Source: an uncultured archaeon
GTDB lineage: Archaea > Thermoproteota > Nitrososphaeria > Nitrososphaerales > Gagatemarchaeaceae
Reading direction: 5' to 3'
Assembly (NCBI GenBank): GCA_963817525.1
Contig: CAWFOU010000001.1
Location: 576,001 to 640,000, forward strand
Length of the DNA: 64,000 bases
Both the position numbers and the translations under genes were made by a program. Shown in pieces: positions 29,088 through 38,190 of this stretch. Each line of letters opens with the position of its first letter. The first letter of the stretch is position 1. The notes below the pieces were generated by a model. It ran no database searches, had not been told where the DNA came from, and worked only from the letters and a program-made list of their open reading frames with translations.

Positions 29088-29721
29088 TCAATAGATCTCC
29101 TGGCTTCCTGAACGAGTACTTCAAGACAGGCACGAATAGCGCAACTAGTCCAACTTCCCTCATCAAAAGCTGCAACAATGTTAACAATGCGATGTCTGGG
29201 GCAGCGAGAGACACCCACCAACCCGCGGCGAGCATGCCCAGCCCTGTGGCGATGAAGAGCGTGTTGGGGTTCCTCGTCTTTGAGTATGAGAGGGCGGTCT
29301 CCAGTACGCCGTAGAGGATGAAGTAGAAGGAGAGGCTGCGGAGGACGGTCTCCACGCTTGTGGGGCTGACCGCGAATATCGGGAAGAGGATGAGCAAAGG
29401 CCCTAGGCGGCGCGAGACGACGACGTCGAGGACGTGGGAGAACGCCAAGAAGAAGTAGCCGACCGTCTGCAGGAAGAGTCCGGCCACCAGGATCGTCGCG
29501 AGAGATAGCTCGAGCCCCGGGATGCTCGCGAAGGCGCCGACGCCTTCGAGCCCCTGAAGGACGAACCCGGTCCCCAAGAAGACGAACGCCGCGGCTAGTC
29601 TGAGCATCGAGGAGCTGGAGGTCTCTCGCACACCCTTGTAGGCGACGAGGGCTATTGAAAACGCGACAAAGGCCCCTATGAACTGTAGGGCGTTCTCGAA
29701 CACGACAAAGTCTGTCCCCAC
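29074..29721 (-). CDS. Polytopic (about 7 TM) membrane protein
   Basis: Hydrophobic helices; GTG 29721 lies about 30 nt downstream of TTTTATAT; overlaps the wHTH gene. Confidence 0.7.
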   Translation of the reverse strand: MGTDFVVFENALQFIGAFVAFSIALVAYKGVRETSSSSMLRLAAAFVFLGTGFVLQGLEGVGAFASIPGLELSLATILVAGLFLQTVGYFFLAFSHVLDVVVSRRLGPLLILFPIFAVSPTSVETVLRSLSFYFILYGVLETALSYSKTRNPNTLFIATGLGMLAAGWWVSLAAPDIALLTLLQLLMREVGLVALFVPVLKYSFRKPGDLLNAPV

Positions 29722-29927
29722 AGGCCTTACCTGTGTTGAAGTCACCTCGTTGATATAAAAGCTTGATGGACCTGTGCTCCTACCCGTGTAGAGGGAAAAC
29801 GCGCGACAAATGCATCTTGGAGGGGCGTTGTTTTCCACAAAAGCTAAATAGCTGTAAAAGGCTTGCAACTTAAGCTATATAGCTTCCGGTGTATTGCTTG
29901 TCATCTGAAAGAGATTTCTCGAGACTG

Positions 29928-30836
29928 ATGAAGTTGCAACGGGCGCTGGACAAGTGCCCAAGATGCGGAAAGGGGCCTATGGTCGTCGACAACGCAGGCG
30001 GCGAGCTAGTGTGCAGCAGCTGCGGCTTTGTGGTCAAGGAGAAGATCGAAGAGACGGGCCCCGAATGGAGGGCGTTCTCGAAGGATGAGAAGGACGACAG
30101 ATCGAGGGGCGGGATTCCCACCTCTATCGCCATGCACGACATGGGGCTGGCCACGGTCATAGGTTCCGTAAACAAAGACGCTTCTGGAAAGTCGCTGTCA
30201 GGGTCGATGAAAGCCACCGTCGATCGCCTCAGGACCTGGGACAGCAGGAGCCAGGTCCACGAGCCGATGGACAGGAACCTTAGGCAGGCTTTCAGCGAGC
30301 TCGACAGGCTCTCCGACAAGCTCTCGGTCTCCGACGCAGTGGTGGAGAAGGCTGCTTACATCTACAGGAAGGCGCTCGAGCGGGGGCTGGTGAGGGGAAG
30401 GTCGATCTCGGCGATCATCGCCGCCTCTCTTTACGCTGCCTGCAGGGACAGGGAGACACCGAGGACGCTAAAGGACCTCGCGGTGGTGTCCAACGTGAAG
30501 AAGAAGGACATCGCAAGGTGCTACAGGCTCCTCCTGAAGGAGATGGACATCAAGATGCCCGTGGTCGACCCGACAAAGTGCGTCTCGAGGATCGCCTCCA
30601 GGGCGCAGCTGTCGGAGAGAACCAAGAGGAGGGCGTTAGAGATACTCAAGAAGGCAGAGGAGGCGAGGATATCTGCGGGAAAGGACCCTATGGGCCTGGC
30701 CGCAGCGGCTCTTTACGTGTCTTGCACGCTCGAGGGCGAGGACAAGACTCAGAGGGACGTCGCGGAGGCAGCCGGGGTGACCGAGGTCACCATCAGGAAT
30801 AGGTACAAGGGCCTCCGGTCGGCGCTAGGGATCTAA
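29928..30836 (+). CDS. tfb: Transcription initiation factor IIB (TFB)
   Basis: CPRC..CSSCG zinc ribbon, GPEWRAF, HDMGLAT and GVTEVTIRNRY motifs; start could also be GTG 29889. Confidence 0.95.
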   Translation: MKLQRALDKCPRCGKGPMVVDNAGGELVCSSCGFVVKEKIEETGPEWRAFSKDEKDDRSRGGIPTSIAMHDMGLATVIGSVNKDASGKSLSGSMKATVDRLRTWDSRSQVHEPMDRNLRQAFSELDRLSDKLSVSDAVVEKAAYIYRKALERGLVRGRSISAIIAASLYAACRDRETPRTLKDLAVVSNVKKKDIARCYRLLLKEMDIKMPVVDPTKCVSRIASRAQLSERTKRRALEILKKAEEARISAGKDPMGLAAAALYVSCTLEGEDKTQRDVAEAAGVTEVTIRNRYKGLRSALGI

Positions 30837-30944
30837 CCAATCCCCAGCCGTCCCCTTCATGGTTATGGAGGGCCGGCAATATGGAACACCGTTCCATAAA
30901 CCGTAATATGGTTTCATAATCTATTTCTAATTTGACAGCCGTTC

Positions 30945-32108
30945 TTGAAAATATTGGAGCCGCAGGAGAATATAGAGCAGCCTGACCCCAATGAGAACAC
31001 GCTCGCCCTGGTCAAGCTGATGACTGAGATAGGCCCTGACATCGCGGAGATATCGAGGCGGCTGGGGCAGTTCAAGGAGAGCGTCAGGTACCGGTACAAG
31101 GAGAAGATAGTCAAGCGCGGGTTCGCCGTGAAGGCGGAGCCGGACTACACCGCATTGGGCCTTCGGAGGATCGTCATGAAGCTGGCCGTCTCGGACGAGT
31201 ACTCCTCCCGCGCGTCGCAGGTCTTCGAAGCGATGAGCGATCTCTGCTATCTGGTCTCCTACGCGGGGACCATGCCCAACGGCAGCTACCTTGCCCAGGC
31301 CGCAGTCCCGGTGGAGTTTACAAAGGAGTTTCACGCGCTCGTAGGTGGCCTGGGTGACAGGGGCATATTCTCCTCGGTCGAGCTCTTCGATTGCGACTGG
31401 CACAGGGTCGCTCCCATGCGCGCTGAGTGCTTCGATTTCGACGAGGGCGTCTGGGACTTTGACTGGAGCAACCCCGTGCCCCTCAACGAAAAGGCGGCGC
31501 GAGGCGCGGTCTCGGAGAGGAAGAAGGTCGACAAGGTGGACCTCCTGATCCTGAAAGAGCTATCGAAGGACGGCGGCGCCTCCTTGATGGAGGTCAAGGC
31601 GGCGATCAAGAGGATAAACGGCGTCGACATCAACTACAAGACTTTGGGCTGGCACTATACGCACCACGTCCTGAGCCAGCGGCTGGTCAGCCACTACTCG
31701 GTGGGGTGGCACCGCCTCAACTACGACTTCGAGCGCAACAAAGATGTGGGAACCGCCAGGTACGACTACCTTGGGGTCGTGGTGATGGTCCGTGAGGTCA
31801 ACGGCCAAGAAAGGATGATGCTGAGGAGCCAGATGGACTCCCTTCCGTTCCTCTGGTCAGAGGCGGCAGGCTCCACGTACTTCTCGCAGCTCTTCATCCC
31901 GCTCAACGCGGTGAACGAAGCCCTGGAGCACTTGAAGGCGGTCCTAAAGCCATACGGAAAGAGGGCCGAGCTGCTCTTCCTAGACAAGCGGGAGATGAAG
32001 TACTTTACGATCTGCTATGACCAGTGGGACGAGTCCAATAACCACTGGGCTTTTGACGCGGCGAAGCTTCTGCCGCGCCTGGAAGCGTCACTCTTGAAGG
32101 TAGGGTAA
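30945..32108 (+). CDS. Tandem (double) Lrp/AsnC-like HTH transcriptional regulator
   Basis: Aligns by eye along its length with 1721-2812 (ESVRYR/ETIRYT, ALGL, FDF..G.W..DW, DLLI.KEL, WHY..HV, PF.W.E). Confidence 0.8.
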   Translation: MKILEPQENIEQPDPNENTLALVKLMTEIGPDIAEISRRLGQFKESVRYRYKEKIVKRGFAVKAEPDYTALGLRRIVMKLAVSDEYSSRASQVFEAMSDLCYLVSYAGTMPNGSYLAQAAVPVEFTKEFHALVGGLGDRGIFSSVELFDCDWHRVAPMRAECFDFDEGVWDFDWSNPVPLNEKAARGAVSERKKVDKVDLLILKELSKDGGASLMEVKAAIKRINGVDINYKTLGWHYTHHVLSQRLVSHYSVGWHRLNYDFERNKDVGTARYDYLGVVVMVREVNGQERMMLRSQMDSLPFLWSEAAGSTYFSQLFIPLNAVNEALEHLKAVLKPYGKRAELLFLDKREMKYFTICYDQWDESNNHWAFDAAKLLPRLEASLLKVG

Positions 32109-32122
32109 CTACAGACTAGCGG

Positions 32123-32239
32123 CTAGCCTACTCTTCCGGCAATCTCTAGGGCGCCCACGTGCATTCCGAACGCCGATAGGGCCACAGACGCGAGAGAGAC
32201 AGCCGCGAGGCCGTACCTGACCTTCTGATCAATTTCCAT
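32123..32239 (-). CDS. 38-aa putative secreted peptide precursor MEIDQKVRYGLAAVSLASVALSAFGMHVGALEIAGRVG
   Basis: Hand-translated; TTTATAAA 24-31 nt upstream of the ATG; signal-like hydrophobic core; FGMHV resembles FGVHGVHV of peptide 1; convergent with the regulator. Confidence 0.7.
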   Translation of the reverse strand: MEIDQKVRYGLAAVSLASVALSAFGMHVGALEIAGRVG

Positions 32240-32260
32240 GCCTCATGTGATAGTAATCTG

Positions 32261-32316
32261 GATTTATAAATCTGCGCTTTGCATGATGAAACCGAGATTT
32301 CGCCCATGCGAAATCT
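32261..32316 (-). promoter_or_regulatory. TATA box (palindromic GATTTATAAATC) plus upstream inverted repeat AGATTTCGC-N4-GCGAAATCT
   Basis: Read directly at 32261-32272 and 32295-32316. Confidence 0.6.
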
Positions 32317-32405
32317 AAATCCCGCTTTGAAAGCCTGCTAGAGGAGGCACGGGCCTTCTCAGGAGGGCCTGTGCGGATTCTAACTACGAATGAGCGGCGG
32401 AAGGC

Positions 32406-33539
32406 CTACTTCCTGCCGCTCGAGAAGCGCTTTACCAGCTCGTTCGCGACGATCAATGTCGAGGGGACGCCCAGCAGGAAGACGATGTCCAACGTGGGGA
32501 CGACGTCGAGGAAGCTGCCCGTGCCAGACGTGAAGGGAATCCCATACAGGCCCTGGGCAAGGAACGAGAATACGCTCCCGACGTAGTTTATGGACCAGTG
32601 GAGCAGGACGTCAGCAAGAAATCCGTATTTGATGTAGAGGTAGCCCAGGGCCAGCCCCGCGAGGGCGGCCTCGCTGATCTTCCCAGGCCCCCATCCCGCA
32701 CCGGAGGCATAGTGGGCGTAGCCGAAGATGAAGGAGGAGATGAAGAGGAAGGCGTAGACCACAGGCCGGATGGCTCTCACCTTCAGAGAATCGGAGGAGG
32801 ACTCTGGGAACAGGGACGGCGTGGCGTCCTTGAAAGAGTGCACCGTGATGATGACCCCTTCCTCCTCCTCGACGTCCCACACAGAGGACGGCCGCCAGAG
32901 TGCTCTCGCCGCCTTCACGGGAGAGAAGTCCCTGAACATGATCAGCGATAGGACGAGGACGGGTATCCCTATCATTATGACCCTGAAGGTTGTCTCCTCC
33001 GTCAGGGGGGCGAGGGTGTAGTTCATCAGGAGAAAGAAGGGGTCGCCCGTCAGAGACCCCGTCGAGACGCCCGCGTCCGTCTGGAAGGTGTCCACTAGGA
33101 CGGTGACGAGGCTGGTCGCCCCCAGAAGGACCAGGGTGGCGGACAGACTGTTCGTGAAGAGGGCGCTGTATCCCTTCGAGATCGAGGAGCGGAGCGCCTT
33201 GAGGAGCCCCGCACCCTGGGACGCGGCCAGCAGGAGGAATCCAAAGTAGATCGCCGAGACGACGACAAAGAGCTCGCCGAAGTTCCCTGCCACGGGGACC
33301 TGGAGCGTCGCGAACTCAAAGTCGTAGTTTATCCCCAGGACGGGCGTCGAGGCCGTGTAGTTGTTGGAGAGGTGGGTCCCGAAGACGGTATAGAGCCCGG
33401 CAGGGAACGAGAGGAGCATCATCGCCACGGTGAAGATGATTACCGCGACGAAGAAGAAGAGCCAGTTGGTCTTGGGGGAGGAGAGGGCGCCGCTCGCCTC
33501 GGTCGGCGGCTGCTCGAGAGCTCTGGCCCTGGGAGACAA
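32406..33539 (-). CDS. CPBP (CAAX/Abi) family intramembrane glutamic endopeptidase
   Basis: PLTEETTFR (EExxxR), FGYAH and HWSIN motifs; start taken at TTG 33539. Confidence 0.88.
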   Translation of the reverse strand: MSPRARALEQPPTEASGALSSPKTNWLFFFVAVIIFTVAMMLLSFPAGLYTVFGTHLSNNYTASTPVLGINYDFEFATLQVPVAGNFGELFVVVSAIYFGFLLLAASQGAGLLKALRSSISKGYSALFTNSLSATLVLLGATSLVTVLVDTFQTDAGVSTGSLTGDPFFLLMNYTLAPLTEETTFRVIMIGIPVLVLSLIMFRDFSPVKAARALWRPSSVWDVEEEEGVIITVHSFKDATPSLFPESSSDSLKVRAIRPVVYAFLFISSFIFGYAHYASGAGWGPGKISEAALAGLALGYLYIKYGFLADVLLHWSINYVGSVFSFLAQGLYGIPFTSGTGSFLDVVPTLDIVFLLGVPSTLIVANELVKRFSSGRK

Positions 33540-33544
33540 GTCGG

Positions 33545-33775
33545 CTACGGGTCTCGGCTCTCGGTGCGCTGCTCTTCCTTCTTGGCGTTCGCCGCTTCGT
33601 CCTCGCTCCTCCGGTCCTCGAGGTAGACGTAGCCCTTGTACCCGCACTTTTTGCAGTAATAGTCCTGGGGGACCAGCCAGCCGCCGAGCTCGCTTCCCTT
33701 CTCCAGGGGCGAGAGGCAGTTGACGCAGTACTTTATGACCGGCTTGCTAGGGTTCCTCCTCACGAGGCGGGGCAT
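33545..33775 (-). CDS. Small zinc-ribbon protein
   Basis: CVNC...YYCKKCGYKG; ATG at 33775. Confidence 0.7.
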   Translation of the reverse strand: MPRLVRRNPSKPVIKYCVNCLSPLEKGSELGGWLVPQDYYCKKCGYKGYVYLEDRRSEDEAANAKKEEQRTESRDP

Positions 33776-33868
33776 CCCTTCGTCAGAATCCTCGGAGGAC
33801 GACAAGATCGTCTGGACAGCGACGGAGGCATGCCTAAAACCCTTTTCGCGCACCGGAGCAGCGACCCG

Positions 33869-34732
33869 TCACGGCGTGGGGATGTCAGCGATCTGGACCT
33901 GCACGAGGTAGCTGAATGCCTGCCCGTCGCTCAGGGTCCCCTTGAGAGTCATAGGGTACACCTGGTCCGCGGTGAAGTTGAGGCCGCTCACTATCTCGAC
34001 CGCCGACACGGCGACCCCTTGTTGGAGCGGCTTGAAGGCGGAGATTCCCTCGAACTCGAAGCTCTGGGTCCCCCCGTTGAGGGTGAGGACGGCCGCGAGG
34101 CTGGTCACCCCGTCAGGCCCAACAGGAGACGAGACGGTCAGGTTGAGCTCAGGCACCGCTGGTATGAGCGAACCGACGTCCGTCATCGCGAGGACGCGCA
34201 CCGGCTCATCCGGGATGCAAGGCCCACGCGGGTAGAACTCTTCCGGTAGGGCCGAGGAGTTGAACACCCGCAGGCTGCCCCCTGCCTGCCCGCTCACCAC
34301 GGTGTATTGGACCACTGACTGCGGCACCTCCAGCGGCGAGACCCCGCACGGGTAGACCAGCGTCCCGTTGTAGTAGGCGAAGGACAGGACGGCCGCCCCC
34401 GCCGCCTCGGTCGTGTTCTCCCCGAGGTAGTTGTAGCAGTGCCCGTCGCTGAGGCTGGTGAAGGCCGCCTGCTGCTCGACCTGTTGGGCGGCCTGGGGCA
34501 TCGAAGGGTCGTCGCACGAGACGCCCGTCGCGGAGACGGTCGTGATCAGTCCGGGCTGGCCACCCGAGGCGGACGCGTTGCTCTCGACGAAGAAAAGCGC
34601 GACCCCAACAAGCAGCGCAACTACGAGCACGACTGCGAGGATCCGCGCTCTGAGCCCCCGGCTCTCCGCGGACTTGTTGCTCCTCTTCGAGGATTTTCCC
34701 TCCATTGGCCCAGACCAGGGCAAGAAGGTCAC
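33869..34732 (-). CDS. Membrane-anchored/secreted hypothetical protein
   Basis: Basic N-terminus plus hydrophobic anchor; Cys pairs; beta-rich C-terminus. Confidence 0.6.
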   Translation of the reverse strand: MTFLPWSGPMEGKSSKRSNKSAESRGLRARILAVVLVVALLVGVALFFVESNASASGGQPGLITTVSATGVSCDDPSMPQAAQQVEQQAAFTSLSDGHCYNYLGENTTEAAGAAVLSFAYYNGTLVYPCGVSPLEVPQSVVQYTVVSGQAGGSLRVFNSSALPEEFYPRGPCIPDEPVRVLAMTDVGSLIPAVPELNLTVSSPVGPDGVTSLAAVLTLNGGTQSFEFEGISAFKPLQQGVAVSAVEIVSGLNFTADQVYPMTLKGTLSDGQAFSYLVQVQIADIPTP

Positions 34733-34801
34733 GACGGTCTGGAGTCGGGAGGTAGCCCTTTTTAGGGGAGAGGCTCTCTCGGCAGAGAAAGGTTCGCGTA
34801 C

Positions 34802-34930
34802 ATGGCCTCTGAGACGGGGGAGCGCTGCTACTGCGGCACGATGATGACGGAGATCAACGCGTGTCGCTATCGTTGCCCCAATTGTGGTGCCCTCCTCGAC
34901 TGCGAGGACGTGTCCGGGCTCCCAAAGTGA
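34802..34930 (+). CDS. 42-aa Cys-rich zinc-finger microprotein (HVO_2523-like)
   Basis: Hand-translated MASETGERCYCGTMMTEINACRYRCPNCGALLDCEDVSGLPK; CPxCG motif. Confidence 0.7.
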   Translation: MASETGERCYCGTMMTEINACRYRCPNCGALLDCEDVSGLPK

Positions 34931-35005
34931 GAGCGGCAGAGCGCCCGCGAAGATTTCCAGGCGTGCCCTTATAGCGGGCGCCCGACGGAGGCCCAGTAGC
35001 CAAGA

Positions 35006-36028
35006 ATGAAAGCCGCGCTGGTCGGGCCTATGGGAGGGGTCAAGGTGGAGGACGTCCCCGAGCCATCGCCCGCGGAAGGAGAGGTCCTCGTGAAGCTAAA
35101 GTGCTGCGGGGTGTGCGGCACGGACCTCGAGAAGGTCCAGGGGGTGGGGATCACGACCAAGATCCTCGGCCACGAGGCGGTGGGCGAGGTCGAGGAAGTG
35201 GGCGGGGGAGTCAAAGGGGTCTCGAAGGGGATGCGCGTCTTCGCCCACCACCACGTGCCGTGCCTGTCGTGCGACATCTGCAGGAGAGGGAAGACGACGT
35301 ACTGCCCGGAGTTCGCGAAGCACAACCTCGTCCCCTGCGGCCTCGCAGAGCGCTTCGTCGTCCCGAAGTTCAACGTCGATAGGGGGGCTGTGATCGAGCT
35401 GCCAGAAGGGCTGGGCTATGAGGAAGCGAGCTTCATCGAGCCCCTCTCCTGCTGCATGCTAGGGCTGGAGAACGCGCGGGGTGCCGGGGTTCGCAGCGCC
35501 GCGATCTACGGGGCGGGTCCGGTCGGGCTGATGATGTACAAGCTGCTGCGGCACGCGGGCGTCCAGAACGTGGCGGTCGGGGACGTGAGCGAGTACAGGA
35601 ACTCGTTCTCGCGGAAGGCGGGCTGCGAGCTGGTGTTCGACCCCTCGAACAAGCAGGAGAAGGAGAGGGTGCTCCGCGGCTCGATGCCTGGCGGGCCGGA
35701 GCTGATAGTGGTCGCCACGGCTAGCGTGGCGGCCCTGGAGGACGCCACGAGGATGGCGGCGAGGGGCGGCACGGTCCTGCTCTTCGGGGCTCCCAAGAGG
35801 GGGGCGACGGGGACCATCGACCTGGCCCAGCTCTTCCTCAACGGGACGTGGCTCGTCACAAGCTACGCGTCGAGCGAGAGGGAGACGCAGGCCGCGACGA
35901 GGCTGCTCTCTGAGAAGGCGATCTCCGTCAAGGACCTTGTCACCCACCGGTTCCCGCTCTCCCAGGCCGAGCAGGCGTTCGCCGCGGCGGGGCAGCAGCA
36001 GTGCATGAAGGCCCTGATAACGGACTGA
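35006..36028 (+). CDS. Zinc-dependent alcohol dehydrogenase (MDR, sorbitol/threonine DH-like)
   Basis: CGVCGTD, GHE, CLSCDIC...C and GAGPVG motifs. Confidence 0.9.
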   Translation: MKAALVGPMGGVKVEDVPEPSPAEGEVLVKLKCCGVCGTDLEKVQGVGITTKILGHEAVGEVEEVGGGVKGVSKGMRVFAHHHVPCLSCDICRRGKTTYCPEFAKHNLVPCGLAERFVVPKFNVDRGAVIELPEGLGYEEASFIEPLSCCMLGLENARGAGVRSAAIYGAGPVGLMMYKLLRHAGVQNVAVGDVSEYRNSFSRKAGCELVFDPSNKQEKERVLRGSMPGGPELIVVATASVAALEDATRMAARGGTVLLFGAPKRGATGTIDLAQLFLNGTWLVTSYASSERETQAATRLLSEKAISVKDLVTHRFPLSQAEQAFAAAGQQQCMKALITD

Positions 36029-36033
36029 TCGAG

Positions 36034-37089
36034 ATGAGCAGGAGACCGGACGCGTCGAGAGCGAGGGCGAGCACGCCAGCCACCCGCGCACAGACCGACC
36101 CCAACACGCAGTCCATCCTGATGGTCCTCAGGACGTTCCCCTCGAACGAGGTGGCCATCGTCGGGTGCCACACGGCTCGGATGAGCAGGAAGAGCTGCGA
36201 GTACGACCTCCTAGTGGTCAGTCCCGACTCGACGCCCCCGAAGTACGTGCGCGTCGGGGAGTTCTACGCGAAGGTCATCTTCAGGTCGGAGAGGGAGCTC
36301 AGGGACCCCGGGCCGGAACTCGGGGCGTCCCTCGCGAGGGCGACGGTCCTCAGGGACGGCTCCCTCTTCCTCGCGAGCACGATCGCTAGCTGCAGGCGGA
36401 AGTTCAAGGATAACTGCGGCAAGGCTGCGGAATCCCACCTCGCCGCCGCGCTAAAGGCCCTCGGGCGCGTGGACGAGAAGGTGGGCGAGAACCTCCCGGA
36501 GGCTGATTTTTGGCTGACCTCCGCGGCCGTGGACCTGTGCCTCTCGGAGATATTCTCCAGCCTCCAGGTCCCGTCCCCGAGCCACCTCTTCGCCCAGATG
36601 AAAGGGCTCTCCAGGAGAAAGTCGGCGATCTTCAAGGAGTGGACCGAGGCGTCCGGGTTCAAGCTCGCCTCAAGGTCGTCTTGCGAGAACCGGCTCGAGG
36701 CGCTGGCCGTGCTGTATGACGTCCTTCGCACAACCGCGATGGACATGCCTATGTCGTTGAAGTTCGGCAGGTACAGGTCGGAGGATGCGGCCGCGATAGT
36801 CCGCGGCAAGGCCCTGGAGCTCCTGGATGCCAGGGAGACCGTGGAGTGTTACTCCTACCTCAGCTACGAGATAGTCAGGACCCTCGTAGACCTGCATGCT
36901 ATGCACTCCTATTCGGTCGAGAAGGAGCTTGACTACTCCGACGTCACGGGCGACCTCACATCGGGGGCGGACAGGCTGATATCCGAGGAGCTCCTAAGGT
37001 CGCTGGGCATCGTCAGGCAGCCGGAGCTGGTGAAGGCGGGGGCCGACTGCCTGCGGTCGGCGGTCTCCGCCCTGGCTTCAAGGATCTGA
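36034..37089 (+). CDS. Conserved hypothetical protein with a degenerate nucleotidyltransferase-like N-terminus
   Basis: GC....SCEYDLLVV pattern; codon usage like neighbouring genes; in operon. Confidence 0.55.
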   Translation: MSRRPDASRARASTPATRAQTDPNTQSILMVLRTFPSNEVAIVGCHTARMSRKSCEYDLLVVSPDSTPPKYVRVGEFYAKVIFRSERELRDPGPELGASLARATVLRDGSLFLASTIASCRRKFKDNCGKAAESHLAAALKALGRVDEKVGENLPEADFWLTSAAVDLCLSEIFSSLQVPSPSHLFAQMKGLSRRKSAIFKEWTEASGFKLASRSSCENRLEALAVLYDVLRTTAMDMPMSLKFGRYRSEDAAAIVRGKALELLDARETVECYSYLSYEIVRTLVDLHAMHSYSVEKELDYSDVTGDLTSGADRLISEELLRSLGIVRQPELVKAGADCLRSAVSALASRI

Positions 37090-37101
37090 GGTGGCCCAGC
37101 C

Positions 37102-38046
37102 TTGTGCCGCGTCTGCGTGGTGAAGGGCGACGAGCTCCTGCGATACTCGTTCCCAGCACCACACCCCTTCAATTCGGCGAGGGCGGTCAGGTTCTGGGAG
37201 GCGTTGGGGAAGATGGAGCTGGGCGAGATAGACGTGGCGCCTGAGATGGCCGACGAGGAGACGGTGGAGCTCTTCCACGAGAAGCGCCACTTTGAGTTCG
37301 TCCGTCAGGCCTCCGCCCTGGGCAAGGGGTACATCGACGACGGGGACACGCCGGCGTTCAAGGGCGTCCTCGAGGCCGCGCAGTTCGCGGTCGGCTCCAC
37401 CGTCGCTTGCGTCGAGATGGTGATGTCGGGAGAGGTGGACCACGGGTTCAACCCGGTCGGGGGGCTCCACCACGCTCGGCGCGACCTCACCGCGGGGTTC
37501 TGCGTCTTCAACGACATCGGCGTCGCCATCGAGCTGCTGCGGAAGAAGGGGCTCGCGAGGGTGCTCTACGTGGACATCGATGTCCATCACGGCGACGGGG
37601 TCTTCTATCCTTACGAGTTCGACAGCGGAGTTTTCATATTTGACGTGCATGAAAGCGGTCGTTTTCTGTACCCGGGGACGGGCTCCGAGGGGGAGACGGG
37701 GGAGGGTCGGGCCGAAGGCACGAAGGTGAACATCCCGCTTTTCCCGGGAGAAGGTGACGAGCGAATCAAGGACATCGTTCCGCGCCTAGAAGAGTTTGCT
37801 AGACGCGTCAGGCCTGAGTTCATAATCTTGCAGTGCGGCGCGGATTGTCTCGCTGGCGACCCGTTGGGGGGCCTGGCGTTCTCCGAGTCGTTCCACTCGA
37901 GGGTGGCGGAGAGGCTACATGAAATCGCCCACGAGGTCTGCAAGGGGAGGATAGTAGGCCTCGGAGGAGGAGGCTACGACCCGAACAACTGCGCCAGGGC
38001 CTGGACGTCAGTGGTGAGGAGTCTTGTGGGCGGCTCGGACAACTGA
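37102..38046 (+). CDS. Histone deacetylase/AcuC family deacetylase
   Basis: GGLHHA, GFCVFND, DIDVHHGDG, GAD..GDPL and GGGGY motifs. Confidence 0.9.
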   Translation: MCRVCVVKGDELLRYSFPAPHPFNSARAVRFWEALGKMELGEIDVAPEMADEETVELFHEKRHFEFVRQASALGKGYIDDGDTPAFKGVLEAAQFAVGSTVACVEMVMSGEVDHGFNPVGGLHHARRDLTAGFCVFNDIGVAIELLRKKGLARVLYVDIDVHHGDGVFYPYEFDSGVFIFDVHESGRFLYPGTGSEGETGEGRAEGTKVNIPLFPGEGDERIKDIVPRLEEFARRVRPEFIILQCGADCLAGDPLGGLAFSESFHSRVAERLHEIAHEVCKGRIVGLGGGGYDPNNCARAWTSVVRSLVGGSDN

Positions 38047-38190
38047 ATTTGCAAGCGTGCAAACCTGCAAACCGGATTTGGGCAAAAATCCCATAATTTA
38101 CAAATATCTTAACATTATCTCCAATATTCTACCATTCTAATGTCTATGTTTAAGAATTAGTGTCACCTGCAATCGTTTGCTGAAATAGGC

